A stretch of DNA of 64,000 nucleotides from Minisyncoccota bacterium (GCA_022841645.1 JALHRC010000003.1:6553-70552), one strand, 5' to 3'; positions 39,520-49,158 are shown, counted from the stretch's first letter. Program-made: numbers and translations. The notes: generated by a model not told the origin, from the letters alone.

Positions 39520-41652
39520 GTGGACTACACTTTCATGTTCCCGCGCACTCTCTTGAGGCTCTCATACTGGCGTCTACTCGTAGTAGCTGTCGTCATGGCA
39601 ATAATTGCTGTTGCGTGGTGGACAGACGTTTTTGCCATCCAATCGGTGCCAGATAATGCGGCAACTGCTTACGACGCCGAGCTTTCGTTTGCAGCACATT
39701 CACCGCTTGGAAGTGACGGTGGTTCTGTTATCCCCGCGTCGTGTGATTCTGGTGTACTGCACTGGCCTGGCGATCTCGACGCCTGTCCAAGTGGCTGGGT
39801 GACGTATTGTTCAGGTGCGCTTCCTGGTGATCCTAACGGTCAGAACTGGCAGTGGTGGCGCTACTACGACAGTGCCGGGGGAAGAATTCATCGCTTCGTC
39901 AGTGAGGGCTATGGTACGTGCACTCCCGACGCTCCGTCGTCAATCAGCTACGAATGTTCACCTGATGGTCTTACTGCCACTACCACGTGGACCGCTTCCT
40001 ACGCAGCTGAAGCCTACTATCCGCGCATACAAGGCATCACTGTAGCGCAGTGTAGTGCCATGGGGTGGAATTGGTGGACCGATGGTGCAGGCACCAACAT
40101 TTGTTACAAAGATGCTTGGAATGCAACCTCAATGTTTACCTACGTTGGTAGTGGTTTTAATCGAGTGTATGTCCACTCTGGTCCGCCAGTCAATTGGAAC
40201 AAATTTGCTGATACTGGTTGGTTCCAGTGCCCAACAGCAACAGCCCTTCCTGCTCCCACACCCACCTACAGTTGCTCTGGTGATGGTACGCAGGTAACGG
40301 TGAATTGGAATGAGGTAGCTGGTGCGACCGAATACCATCCCCGCCTTTTGGGTATTACAGAAGCGCAGTGCAATGCTATCAGTGGCGGTGTTGGGTGGTT
40401 CTTTGATGCCAGTTCTAATTCCTGTGCATACAACAATCTTCCTGCAAGTTGGGGTACGCCACCGCGACAGCTTACCTTCAATCTTCGCCCCGGGGGGTAT
40501 CAGCACGCTTTTTGGGTACATGCAAGTAGGGATGCGATTCCCGAGACTACTAGTCCAGCTGGATCAACTGGATACTTCTCCTGCCTTCCCGCCCCCACCA
40601 ACCTAAGTGGTTCGTGTAGTGCCGATGGTACCGAAGGAACTATCACCTGGACAGCACCCGCGGGCTACACTACTTTCTACACACGCGCTAGTGCCGTGGC
40701 TCAGGGTAGGAATGACCTCGTTGGTGTACCCAACACAACAGATGATCCGTGGGATGATAATGTGGTTGGCACCTCGAAGTCATTTACTACCGATCCTGGC
40801 GAAACCTACTACGTCTGGATACACACTAAAAATACTACTAATGGAACGTGGAGTGATCCTGCAAGAACGCAGTTCACCTGCCCCGATTCGCTTGCCGGAA
40901 CACCTCCTCCGTCACCGCGGTTAAACTCCGCTATCTGTAGACCTGATCCGAGCGATCCGTCAGTTGGTCTGGTCACGCTTAGTTGGGAACGCGAAGCACG
41001 TGCTACCAGTTACGATGTACGGGCGCGCTGGATCAATCCTTCAACGGAAACCAACCCAGCAGAAGCTTGCCCTAATGGTAAGTACAGTACGCAGGAGCGG
41101 TGGTGTTGGAATTCGGTTGGACAAAGTTTCACTACGGGCTACTCTCAAACCAATGACACAGCGAGTTTCTCTTTCAGTGGCTTGCCGCTTGATAATAATA
41201 AGAATTATACGTGGTGGGTACACTCTAGAAACGCTGCCGGGTCAAGTAACCCTCCATCACACGCGAATAGCAATATAACGTTTACCTGTGCCGTGGGTAC
41301 TCCACCGGAGGCTGGTGACCCGCCAGCGGTCCTTGCCCTCACTGCTACTCCCAGCCTTATTCTTCCCGGACGCACGACTACCCTCAACTATCGCATAGAG
41401 GCACCGTATGACATGGACTGTACGATAACCGGCGGTGACAGCAGTTATCCTGAAATTAACTACCGGCCAACGCCGTCCCTACCAGTAACTGGTGCTGGTA
41501 TTCCGTATCTAGAGGACACTATTTCTTCAGCACCGATAGTTGCCACCACTAACTTTGTACTTAGTTGCGATCCGGTACCTAATATAAACCCGCCTGGTGA
41601 ACGAGAAGCCAGTGTCCGTGTGGAGATCGTACCAACATTTGAAGAACGGTAG
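39520..41652 (+). CDS. Exported Cys/Trp-rich repeat protein (Fn3/Ig-like modules)
   Basis: N-terminal TM; repeats CSxDGTxxTxxW..Y..R..C..WVH..FxC; alternative start ATG 39535. Confidence 0.75.
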   Translation: MDYTFMFPRTLLRLSYWRLLVVAVVMAIIAVAWWTDVFAIQSVPDNAATAYDAELSFAAHSPLGSDGGSVIPASCDSGVLHWPGDLDACPSGWVTYCSGALPGDPNGQNWQWWRYYDSAGGRIHRFVSEGYGTCTPDAPSSISYECSPDGLTATTTWTASYAAEAYYPRIQGITVAQCSAMGWNWWTDGAGTNICYKDAWNATSMFTYVGSGFNRVYVHSGPPVNWNKFADTGWFQCPTATALPAPTPTYSCSGDGTQVTVNWNEVAGATEYHPRLLGITEAQCNAISGGVGWFFDASSNSCAYNNLPASWGTPPRQLTFNLRPGGYQHAFWVHASRDAIPETTSPAGSTGYFSCLPAPTNLSGSCSADGTEGTITWTAPAGYTTFYTRASAVAQGRNDLVGVPNTTDDPWDDNVVGTSKSFTTDPGETYYVWIHTKNTTNGTWSDPARTQFTCPDSLAGTPPPSPRLNSAICRPDPSDPSVGLVTLSWEREARATSYDVRARWINPSTETNPAEACPNGKYSTQERWCWNSVGQSFTTGYSQTNDTASFSFSGLPLDNNKNYTWWVHSRNAAGSSNPPSHANSNITFTCAVGTPPEAGDPPAVLALTATPSLILPGRTTTLNYRIEAPYDMDCTITGGDSSYPEINYRPTPSLPVTGAGIPYLEDTISSAPIVATTNFVLSCDPVPNINPPGEREASVRVEIVPTFEER

Positions 41653-41707
41653 TAAGTGTTGTTTGAGAACCTCGTGCTAACATTGTAGGAGCAGAAAGAT
41701 TTATTCT

Positions 41708-42130
41708 ATGTACCCTTGGCTACAAAAAATACATACAAATGTGGTCAAAAGACCGCTAGCGATGTTATTAATCGCGGTCTGTATTGCACAGCTAGTTTTT
41801 GTTATCGCACCAGCTTTTTCGTTCGTGGAAGAGATTGTGCGTGTAACAACAGCTGCCTCGGCTACCACGGTAGAGGCACAGGATAAGGTGCCGCCACACG
41901 CCGGTATTTTGCGGCGCACCTGGGTGCCTCCCGTATTTGAAGATCGTTGTGAGCAGGCGTGTGGCCACGATGACAATGGTTCTTTTTGCTGGAATGATTG
42001 TGGACCAAAGTATGCTGGTGGTGGGTACTTTACCGAAAGCTGTGACCCCGGCTACTACCTGACCCGCTACTATCTCAATCTAGTCAACGACGCCAACGCT
42101 ATTTGGTGGCAGTGTAATAGCCTTGAATAA
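41708..42130 (+). CDS. Small exported Cys/Trp-rich protein
   Basis: TM/signal ending VEA-Q; module CDPGYYLTRYYL..NAIWWQC. Confidence 0.7.
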   Translation: MYPWLQKIHTNVVKRPLAMLLIAVCIAQLVFVIAPAFSFVEEIVRVTTAASATTVEAQDKVPPHAGILRRTWVPPVFEDRCEQACGHDDNGSFCWNDCGPKYAGGGYFTESCDPGYYLTRYYLNLVNDANAIWWQCNSLE

Positions 42131-42132
42131 GT

Positions 42133-42459
42133 ATGACAAACACATCTCTTACCCTCTACTACGTACGTGATGCCATGGCGTCACTCGCAGTTCTGGTCGT
42201 GGTGGTGCTGGCGACGTTTGTCACCTTGCTGGAAGCGCGGGTGCTGCCAGCGTCGCTGGTGTCGAGCGTCATAGTGACCCAGAGTGCGCAAGCAGCTACC
42301 TGGGAAGCACGTGTCGGGCGGCTTCACTGGAACGGCAATCCCTATCCAGGTGCACAAGTGTGGTGGTGTGATCCCGGTTATTGGCTCACGTCAAATTACC
42401 TCGCCGTAGATAATACCAACAATACCATCTGGTATAACTGTGTCACCGGTGCCTGGTAG
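42133..42459 (+). CDS. Small exported Cys/Trp-rich protein (paralog of 41708)
   Basis: Signal ending AQA-A; module CDPGYWLTSNYL..NTIWYNC. Confidence 0.7.
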   Translation: MTNTSLTLYYVRDAMASLAVLVVVVLATFVTLLEARVLPASLVSSVIVTQSAQAATWEARVGRLHWNGNPYPGAQVWWCDPGYWLTSNYLAVDNTNNTIWYNCVTGAW

Positions 42460-42496
42460 CTTTACTTTCGTCTGTAGTACATCACATCATTGCGCT

Positions 42497-43099
42497 ATGA
42501 ATCCACCACTAACACCACTAACACCGTCCACTACTCCGGTTCCTTCGCCTACCTACGCACGTGTGCGCACCGCAGTGGGTGTGATAGCGGTGCTGTACCT
42601 AGCGGCTCTTCTGGGAGTGTACACTTGGCACGCCTACCGAGGCGCTGTTGCACAGGCACCAGAACTACCGGTATTTGTGACTGATGTGAAGGCTCTCACT
42701 GGTGTCGTGGGAGAGATACGTGATAATGAATTTGTCTTACACCTCGACACATTACCCCCCGACATGCCAGTCGCGCTGGCTGAGCGCACTGTTTTGCTAA
42801 GTGACACAACGACATTTAAAGCTCGGCAACCAAAAGATCCTGCGGTGTTTGCGCAAGAACTTACCACCTACCACCGAGAAAACACCTACTATGGTTTTGG
42901 GCGAGCCACTGATACAGCTGAGACGGCTCGTGAGGTAGCTGACCTACCCCCGCTTCCCCCTGAACCATTTACCTATGAGGAGGTCGGGCGCGAGCAACTT
43001 CAAAGTGGGGCGGTGGTGACGGTACTAGCCCAGGAAAATATCTATGAGGCATCTCGAATTATTCCCACTGAGGTGATGGTGCAGCAACTACCAAATTAG
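42497..43099 (+). CDS. Membrane-anchored hypothetical protein
   Basis: Single TM, then LTGVVGEI..VLLSDTTTF..LQSGAVVTV (OB-fold-like pattern). Confidence 0.65.
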   Translation: MNPPLTPLTPSTTPVPSPTYARVRTAVGVIAVLYLAALLGVYTWHAYRGAVAQAPELPVFVTDVKALTGVVGEIRDNEFVLHLDTLPPDMPVALAERTVLLSDTTTFKARQPKDPAVFAQELTTYHRENTYYGFGRATDTAETAREVADLPPLPPEPFTYEEVGREQLQSGAVVTVLAQENIYEASRIIPTEVMVQQLPN

Positions 43100-43108
43100 T
43101 CACTCGCT

Positions 43109-44428
43109 ATGTTTCGTTCTTTTTTAAGCTCATGGTCACTTACTGCTGGATTGTCGGTGCTGAGTGTCCCCGTAGCGATGGTGGCCTGGTTTGTGGTGGT
43201 GCCACTCCTTCTAGGACAAGCCTTTACACCCACCACAGAGGCTCAGGGTGGGGTATGTTTTCCAAGAACGGCTGTTGCTCCTTATGCTGCTTGGTACGGC
43301 GGCTTCTACTGCGCGCCCGGCTACACACTTGTCTATCACTACTACCAGCCTGGTGGTCGGGAAAATAGCAACTGGTATGAGTGTGTCAGTGAGCAGTGTG
43401 CTAACCCAAAACCACCAGGGCCCGAGGTGGTCTGGACTGAATATTGTACTGGTGAAGGAAACACCAATCCGACCGTCGATTGGCAATGGTGGCGCTATTC
43501 AAATGAGGTGTCACCACGCTACGAGCGGGTGCGTGCCGGTGATGGTACCTGCACCCCGCCCCCTCCGGCCGAAATAGTGTGGACCCAATATTGTACTCGC
43601 GACCTGCAGTCTGACCCTACCCGCAATTGGCAGTGGTGGCGTGTTTCCAACGAAACACCAGCGCGTCATGAATTTGTGCGTGCTGGTGATGGCCTGTGCG
43701 CACCGCCGACGAGCGTTACCCTCAACCCACCCCGTCTCCTCTCAGCGACGTGTGAAGTCGACCCTGCTAACCCTACGACGGGAAGAGTAGAGCTGCGCTG
43801 GGAGGAGGTGTCGGGTGCGACGGGCTATGATCTGCGAGTACGTTGGGACGACGCCTCAACCCGCGACGCCCCAGTTGGTGAACGTTGTCCGAATGGTAAG
43901 TACAGTACGCAGGAGCGCTGGTGCTTTAACAATCAGCCAGGAAATGGTGGGTCATTCGTTCTTACCGGTCTTCCCCTCAGTACGGAAAAGCGCTACGTCT
44001 GGTGGCTACACTCACGCACTGGTAACAACACGAGCGTTCAGACCCATTCGACGTTGGACACCTCGTTTAAGTGCTTACCTGACGACACCATAAATCCAGA
44101 TGATAGTGACCCTCTTCCAGTAGCGCCAGTAGTCACTATGGGTGCTCGTTCGTGGCTGGTCCAAGCGGGTACACCGGCTCAACTCTATTGGAGTGTGGTG
44201 GCCACCTATCCTGTACGTTGTGAGCTGACGGGAGGTACCACACGCCGTACTTTCTCTTATCTAGCAGGTGGTGGCACGGTGTCTGTTGATGCCCCCTTTG
44301 TTACTGATCCGGTTGTTGGCACGACCCGTTTTGGTTTGGTGTGTCAGCCTGATCCGTCTATAGACGGCGTAGCTTCAGGTAATGCGGTAACGGTGATAGA
44401 TGTCACAGCAACGGTTGACCCGTTGTAG
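43109..44428 (+). CDS. Exported Cys/Trp-rich mosaic protein
   Basis: CAPGY module, two WTxYC..WQWWR..GDGxC repeats, CPNGKYSTQERWC module. Confidence 0.75.
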   Translation: MFRSFLSSWSLTAGLSVLSVPVAMVAWFVVVPLLLGQAFTPTTEAQGGVCFPRTAVAPYAAWYGGFYCAPGYTLVYHYYQPGGRENSNWYECVSEQCANPKPPGPEVVWTEYCTGEGNTNPTVDWQWWRYSNEVSPRYERVRAGDGTCTPPPPAEIVWTQYCTRDLQSDPTRNWQWWRVSNETPARHEFVRAGDGLCAPPTSVTLNPPRLLSATCEVDPANPTTGRVELRWEEVSGATGYDLRVRWDDASTRDAPVGERCPNGKYSTQERWCFNNQPGNGGSFVLTGLPLSTEKRYVWWLHSRTGNNTSVQTHSTLDTSFKCLPDDTINPDDSDPLPVAPVVTMGARSWLVQAGTPAQLYWSVVATYPVRCELTGGTTRRTFSYLAGGGTVSVDAPFVTDPVVGTTRFGLVCQPDPSIDGVASGNAVTVIDVTATVDPL

Positions 44429-44433
44429 CAACG

Positions 44434-45162
44434 TTAGATCTGCTTTGTTAGGTGGGCGATAACCGCGGCATGATCGCTGATCCCAAAGCGTAAGGTGACG
44501 TTCTTGGCACTATAGGGTCCCTTGGTAAATAGGTAGTCCACCATGAATGAGTCAAAGAGGAATTTTAGCTCTGGGTTTTTACCGTGGCGGTGGAGCGAGG
44601 CATCAAGGCTGCTTTTATACTGTGCTGGTATAGTGTCGGTGTAGTGCTCCGTGAGGTTTGTGTAGAGGGGATTGTGCTGGCGGGGAATGTTAAAGTCGCC
44701 ACAGAGGATGTGTGGTGGTAGGGGAGCTAGTGTCTCTAAAAGCGCTGCCATGTTCGCCTGCTGTTCGGGACTGGCGATCTCACCTCGTGGCGACCAGGTG
44801 AAATGCGTGGTAGCGATAGTGTAGTCGCCGACGCTCGCGATAATGACTGCCCGCGCCACGGTCCCTGGCACGTTGGTGACATCAATCGGAACAATCGCCT
44901 CGGTGGGGCGGTGGTAGTACTCACTCCGTGCAGAGGAAGGGAGCCGACTGGCAAGTAATATGCCTTCGGTAAAGGCCTCTTGACCACTCTGGCGAATGTC
45001 CATAGGAGCGAAGGTGGTCTGGTATCCAAGTTTACTAAGCGGCACTGCCAATTGCTCGGGGGCCTCCTGAAGGCAGAGAACGTCCGCCCTCTCGGTCTCT
45101 AGAAAGGGAAGTACTTTATCGAGGTGAGTGATGCCTTCAACATTGAGCGAGATGAGTTTCAT
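44434..45162 (-). CDS. Endonuclease/exonuclease/phosphatase family protein
   Basis: Motifs ISLNV, DVLCLQE, ILCGDFN, VDYLF, ISDH. Confidence 0.9.
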   Translation of the reverse strand: MKLISLNVEGITHLDKVLPFLETERADVLCLQEAPEQLAVPLSKLGYQTTFAPMDIRQSGQEAFTEGILLASRLPSSARSEYYHRPTEAIVPIDVTNVPGTVARAVIIASVGDYTIATTHFTWSPRGEIASPEQQANMAALLETLAPLPPHILCGDFNIPRQHNPLYTNLTEHYTDTIPAQYKSSLDASLHRHGKNPELKFLFDSFMVDYLFTKGPYSAKNVTLRFGISDHAAVIAHLTKQI

Positions 45163-45211
45163 TGGAGCACTGTAGCAAAAAAATACTGGCTAGCCAATTA
45201 TGGAAACGCAA

Positions 45212-45387
45212 GGAAGCGGAGAGATTTGACCCAGAATCGCGGCTCTTTTACTTCGCTACGCTTGTAAAAGTGACTCGCGTTCTCGGTCGACACCTCGCGT
45301 GTTTTACTCTTTGACGTCGCAAAACACAAGCTCCGGTGCTTCAAATCCCTACGTACCGTGCGCAGGCACGGTACTCCGCTTCCGCGA
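45212..45387 (-). mobile_element. tRNA-end-associated structured mini-element at tRNA-Ser
   Basis: 17/18 direct copy of the tRNA 3' end, 110-nt core, inverted copy split by a 25-nt hairpin; mobility is inferred. Confidence 0.72.
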
Positions 45388-45426
45388 ACAAAATATGCGT
45401 CCACAAGGGACGCTATTTTGTACTCG

Positions 45427-45513
45427 CGGAAGCGGAGGGATTTGAACCCTCGATAGAGTTTCCCCTATGCCGGTTTTCGAAACCGGTACCTTCAACCACT
45501 CAGCCACGCTTCC
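45427..45513 (-). tRNA. tRNA-Ser(CGA)
   Basis: GGAAGCG acceptor, CCGGT-TTCGAAA-ACCGG, long variable arm, GAGGG-TTCAAAT-CCCTC, G discriminator. Confidence 0.93.
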
Positions 45514-45562
45514 AGTGGGAACGGTGCTATACTAGCACCGTTATTCAGTAAGTTTCAAATGT

Positions 45563-45916
45563 ATGACTACACAAGAAATTGCCGATCGCCTAGTAGTACT
45601 TAATCGTGCTAACGATCATGAGACTGCGTACGCCGAACTGTACTCACCGGATGTTCGTAGCGTTGAGACTTGGAATGGCACGACGACAGCCTACCAAGGT
45701 ATGGCTGGTCTTAAGAAAAAGGCTGAGGAATGGCTTGCTAACGTGGTGGAGATGCATGAGACAAAAGTAAGCGATCCGCTGGTCAGCGACCAGAGTTTTG
45801 CAGTAACATTTTATATGGATGTGACGTATAAAGATCGTGGTCGAGAGGCTATGACCGAACTGGCAGTGTATACGGTTGTGGATGGGAAGATTATCCGCGA
45901 GGAGTTTCAAGCCTAA
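45563..45916 (+). CDS. SnoaL/NTF2-like domain protein
   Basis: Motifs ELYSPDVRSVE and ELAVYTVVDGKIIREEF. Confidence 0.85.
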   Translation: MTTQEIADRLVVLNRANDHETAYAELYSPDVRSVETWNGTTTAYQGMAGLKKKAEEWLANVVEMHETKVSDPLVSDQSFAVTFYMDVTYKDRGREAMTELAVYTVVDGKIIREEFQA

Positions 45917-45929
45917 CCAGCTGTCGCCT

Positions 45930-46430
45930 ATGCTTAAAATTGGACGCAAAGCCCCGCTGTTTAAACTGGCCGATCAGGATGGAAAACTGCACGCCCTTAA
46001 AGACTACGCTGGGCAGTGGGTGCTGCTTTATTTTTACCCTAAAGACGATACGCCAGGCTGCACCAAAGAAGCCTGCATGATTGCCGAAGTGTACAAGGAT
46101 TTTAAGCGTATGGGCGTGACGGTCATTGGCGTGAGTAAAGACTCCGTAAAGTCACACAAAAAGTTTGCGGAAAAATACTCGCTACCGTTTACGCTTCTGT
46201 CTGATGAATCAACTGAAATGATCCAGAAGTATGGGGCCTGGGGTGAGAAAACTATGCGCGGAAAGAAGTATATGGGCACTTTTCGAGTGTCGTACCTTAT
46301 CGGGCCTGACGGCACGATTGCCAAGGTATATCCGAGTGTTGATCCAGCCAACCATGCTCTAGAGCTTCTTGCTGACATCAAGGCTATCCACAAAGAGGAA
46401 AAGAAGGCGGCCAAGGCCGCTACTGTGTAG
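45930..46430 (+). CDS. bcp: Peroxiredoxin Bcp
   Basis: Motif LYFYPKDDTPGCTKEAC. Confidence 0.93.
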   Translation: MLKIGRKAPLFKLADQDGKLHALKDYAGQWVLLYFYPKDDTPGCTKEACMIAEVYKDFKRMGVTVIGVSKDSVKSHKKFAEKYSLPFTLLSDESTEMIQKYGAWGEKTMRGKKYMGTFRVSYLIGPDGTIAKVYPSVDPANHALELLADIKAIHKEEKKAAKAATV

Positions 46431-46527
46431 CAGTGAAGCACAAGCACGTACTACATTAAATACGTATTTAATGTAGTACGTGAAAAACGAAGAAGGGCCG
46501 GCGCGCTTGCGCGCCGGCCCTTCACGT

Positions 46528-47154
46528 CTAGAAGTCAGCCAGCAGCCGCTGCATCGTAGCAATTTCTTCTGATTGGGTGCGTACAATATTCTCAGTCAGG
46601 GTGCGCATTTCTGCGTGTTCGATCGAGCGCTCGACACTACGTGCCATCATAATAGCGCCCATATGGTGGTGAATCATGTCCTCCAGAAACACCTTATCGA
46701 GTTCAGTTCCAGAGAGGGCAGTGAGATCACGCATCATTGGACGATAGGTACCAGTTGCGATATACGGACTACCGTACCACGCTGCATACCAAGTCTTCAT
46801 GTCAGCGATTTCTTTTTCTTGCGCGGTGATGATGGCTTCGGCCAATGCCCGTACTTCAGGGGTTGTGCCGCCTCGTGCCAGCACTTCTTTCGCTGTCATG
46901 ACTGCTTCCTCGTGATGAGGGATCATATGTTCGATAAACTCGCGTTCGCTCCCCACCATCATGTCTGCATGCATACCATGCTCATTCATGTTACTACCGT
47001 CACGCATGGTGTTACCTGCTGGTATTTCTCTCTTATGGTCGTAGCTGCGATTATCCCACCGCTTACCGTCCTTACCTACGTGCGCTACTGTAAACCCTCC
47101 AATGCCGCCAACTATCAACGCCAATAAAACTCCTAGCACAAGTGTGTTATTCAT
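46528..47154 (-). CDS. DUF305 (CopM-like) membrane-anchored protein
   Basis: Duplicated FIEHMIPHHEEAVMTA / FLEDMIHHHMGAIMMA; QxxEIxxM. Confidence 0.88.
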   Translation of the reverse strand: MNNTLVLGVLLALIVGGIGGFTVAHVGKDGKRWDNRSYDHKREIPAGNTMRDGSNMNEHGMHADMMVGSEREFIEHMIPHHEEAVMTAKEVLARGGTTPEVRALAEAIITAQEKEIADMKTWYAAWYGSPYIATGTYRPMMRDLTALSGTELDKVFLEDMIHHHMGAIMMARSVERSIEHAEMRTLTENIVRTQSEEIATMQRLLADF

Positions 47155-47207
47155 ATGCCAGTTATTACGCTAGTTCACGGTATTTATTTCTGCGCTAGAA
47201 TAGAATG

Positions 47208-48056
47208 ATGAAAAGTGTAGTGGGCGCTGGGGCAGTCATCTTAATAACACTCATCGTTATTGTGATGGTGGGTGCATTGGACCGACCGTCACCAGAAAGT
47301 GAGCAGCCACTACAAGCAGGCAGGGAGGCTGCTGCCACCGCCACCCCAGATACTGCTGACAGTGCGAACGCAGTGGAGGTGGGGTCAGAGTCCGCTGCAC
47401 CCATCAGCTCTCCGCAAAGCCAGTACCCCGTAGTGGCGGTCATAGACGGTGACACGATTGATGTGGAGATTGATGGCGAAGTGAAGCGGGTACGCTACAT
47501 CGGTATCAATACTCCCGAAACAGTGCATCCGACGCGCGACGTAGAGTGCTTTGGGGAAGAGGCAAGTGCGCGCAATAAGACACTGGTCTTGGATATGAAG
47601 GTGGGCCTCGAGAAAGACGTGAGCGAAACCGATAAATACGGGCGACTCCTTCGCTACGTCTACGTGGGCGGCGTAATGGTGAACGAGACGCTGGTGCGTG
47701 AAGGGTATGCCAGTGTTTCTACCTACCCGCCTGATGTGCGTCATACCGAGCGGTTCCTGATAGCAGAGACAGCGGCCCGCACGGAGGGTAGGGGGCTGTG
47801 GGGAGCCGGGTGCGAGCCGTACGCTTCCGGCGCCAAGGACGTAGGGGAGGTCGAAGCCGAAGGGAGTGCCAGCGCCTGCCTTATCAAAGGCAATATTGCT
47901 ATCGAGAGTGGTGAGCACATTTATCATCTTCCGGGGTGTGAGTACTATGAGGCGACCCGTATAAATGAAGAGAAGGGTGAGCGATGGTTTTGTAGCGAGG
48001 AGGAGGCACTGGCGGCAGGCTGGCGCCGGGCGCTTAATTGCCCGGCCTACCCCTAA
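47208..48056 (+). CDS. Thermonuclease (SNase) with C-terminal Cys-containing domain
   Basis: Motifs VIDGDTI, VRYIGINTPE, DKYGRLLRY; C-terminal CLIKGNI..IYHLPGCEYY..WFCSEEEA. Confidence 0.9.
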   Translation: MKSVVGAGAVILITLIVIVMVGALDRPSPESEQPLQAGREAAATATPDTADSANAVEVGSESAAPISSPQSQYPVVAVIDGDTIDVEIDGEVKRVRYIGINTPETVHPTRDVECFGEEASARNKTLVLDMKVGLEKDVSETDKYGRLLRYVYVGGVMVNETLVREGYASVSTYPPDVRHTERFLIAETAARTEGRGLWGAGCEPYASGAKDVGEVEAEGSASACLIKGNIAIESGEHIYHLPGCEYYEATRINEEKGERWFCSEEEALAAGWRRALNCPAYP

Positions 48057-48087
48057 GGTTTACGCATAGTAGTGGTAGTATTTTTAT

Positions 48088-48846
48088 ATGGAGAGACTGA
48101 CACTAAAAGATGAAGCCACCACAAAAATAAGAGAAATGATCGAAGGGGAGCCAGAGGTATTTTTTATTTTAGTGGGAGCAATGAAGTTTAGTCAGCAAAA
48201 GGGTCGCTATGAAAATGGCTCATTTGGTGACGCCGATGAGAACTCGCTCAGGTCGACGGGCGTGCCGCTCGCAACTGGAGGAAAAGATCGGATGCTGGCG
48301 GCAGAAGCCCTCAATCAAGTCTTCCCCCGTTCCCTCATCGTCCCTATGAGTCGTACACGTAACGAAGACAAGCCCACCTATGCGTCGGTTACCAAAGAAG
48401 AGTTGTTACGCAAGGGTGTACCAGACGAGATTATTGCTCTCGAAGAAGTTTCTGTCAGCACAATCACCGAATTTAAAGAGGCAGCCAAAATGTGGCACCA
48501 AGAGCGCTGGACTAACCTGGCGTTTATTACCAGTAATTGGCATTTGCCTCGCAGTGAGCGACTGTTTAATCGTTTAGAAAATTTCGCTGACGACGAAACT
48601 GAAACAGAAATACTGTCAGCATTTGCTGAAGCAGTTCGAAACGGCAGTGTGCGCATACAGTTTGTAGGTGCGAGTGACGTACTTACAGCCAAAAGCAAGC
48701 ACTATGAGACGTTATTTAAAGCAGTAGACAATGACGAGGGAGTGCGGGAGCGAAAGCGGGTTGAGGCAGGGGGCATAGCTCAAATTGAGGCAGGTGAGTA
48801 CGGTGGTCGGAAATTACCAAAAAAAATTTGGGAAGATAGGCCGTAG
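48088..48846 (+). CDS. YdcF/DUF218-like protein
   Basis: Motifs LEEVSVSTITE and ITSNWHLPRS. Confidence 0.7.
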   Translation: MERLTLKDEATTKIREMIEGEPEVFFILVGAMKFSQQKGRYENGSFGDADENSLRSTGVPLATGGKDRMLAAEALNQVFPRSLIVPMSRTRNEDKPTYASVTKEELLRKGVPDEIIALEEVSVSTITEFKEAAKMWHQERWTNLAFITSNWHLPRSERLFNRLENFADDETETEILSAFAEAVRNGSVRIQFVGASDVLTAKSKHYETLFKAVDNDEGVRERKRVEAGGIAQIEAGEYGGRKLPKKIWEDRP

Positions 48847-48933
48847 TTGGTGGCGCTCACCGCGCGGTGTAAATAGGCTCCTAGTTATAGTCCGCTTTTT
48901 ACGGTATAGTGAAGGTCGAAAGGAGGTGATCTT

Positions 48934-49158
48934 TTGCGCATACATCTGATTCTGATTACCGCGATCGCGCTGCTCGGGCTCTTGCCTGGATGTGTCGTGA
49001 CACTGAATCGTCCGCCCATCTACCATGACCCGCGTCCTTTCTACTACCCGCCAGTACGCCCGCACTACCACGCGCCACCGCCGCGGCACTGGCAGCGAGC
49101 GCCACCACGCCACCACTTTGAGCCTCGCTATCGAGACCGGAGACATTGGCGCAGGTGA
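48934..49158 (+). CDS. Small Pro/His/Arg-rich lipoprotein
   Basis: Strong SD AAGGAGGTGA, TTG start, lipobox LPGC. Confidence 0.65.
   Translation: MRIHLILITAIALLGLLPGCVVTLNRPPIYHDPRPFYYPPVRPHYHAPPPRHWQRAPPRHHFEPRYRDRRHWRR

Noticed and set aside
39520-44428. Diversity-generating retroelement template/variable repeat pair
   Set aside because: No reverse transcriptase in the window, and differences between repeats are not adenine-specific.
45340-45387. Hammerhead ribozyme suggested by arm-hairpin-arm geometry
   Set aside because: The CUGANGA and GAAA core nucleotides are absent on both strands.
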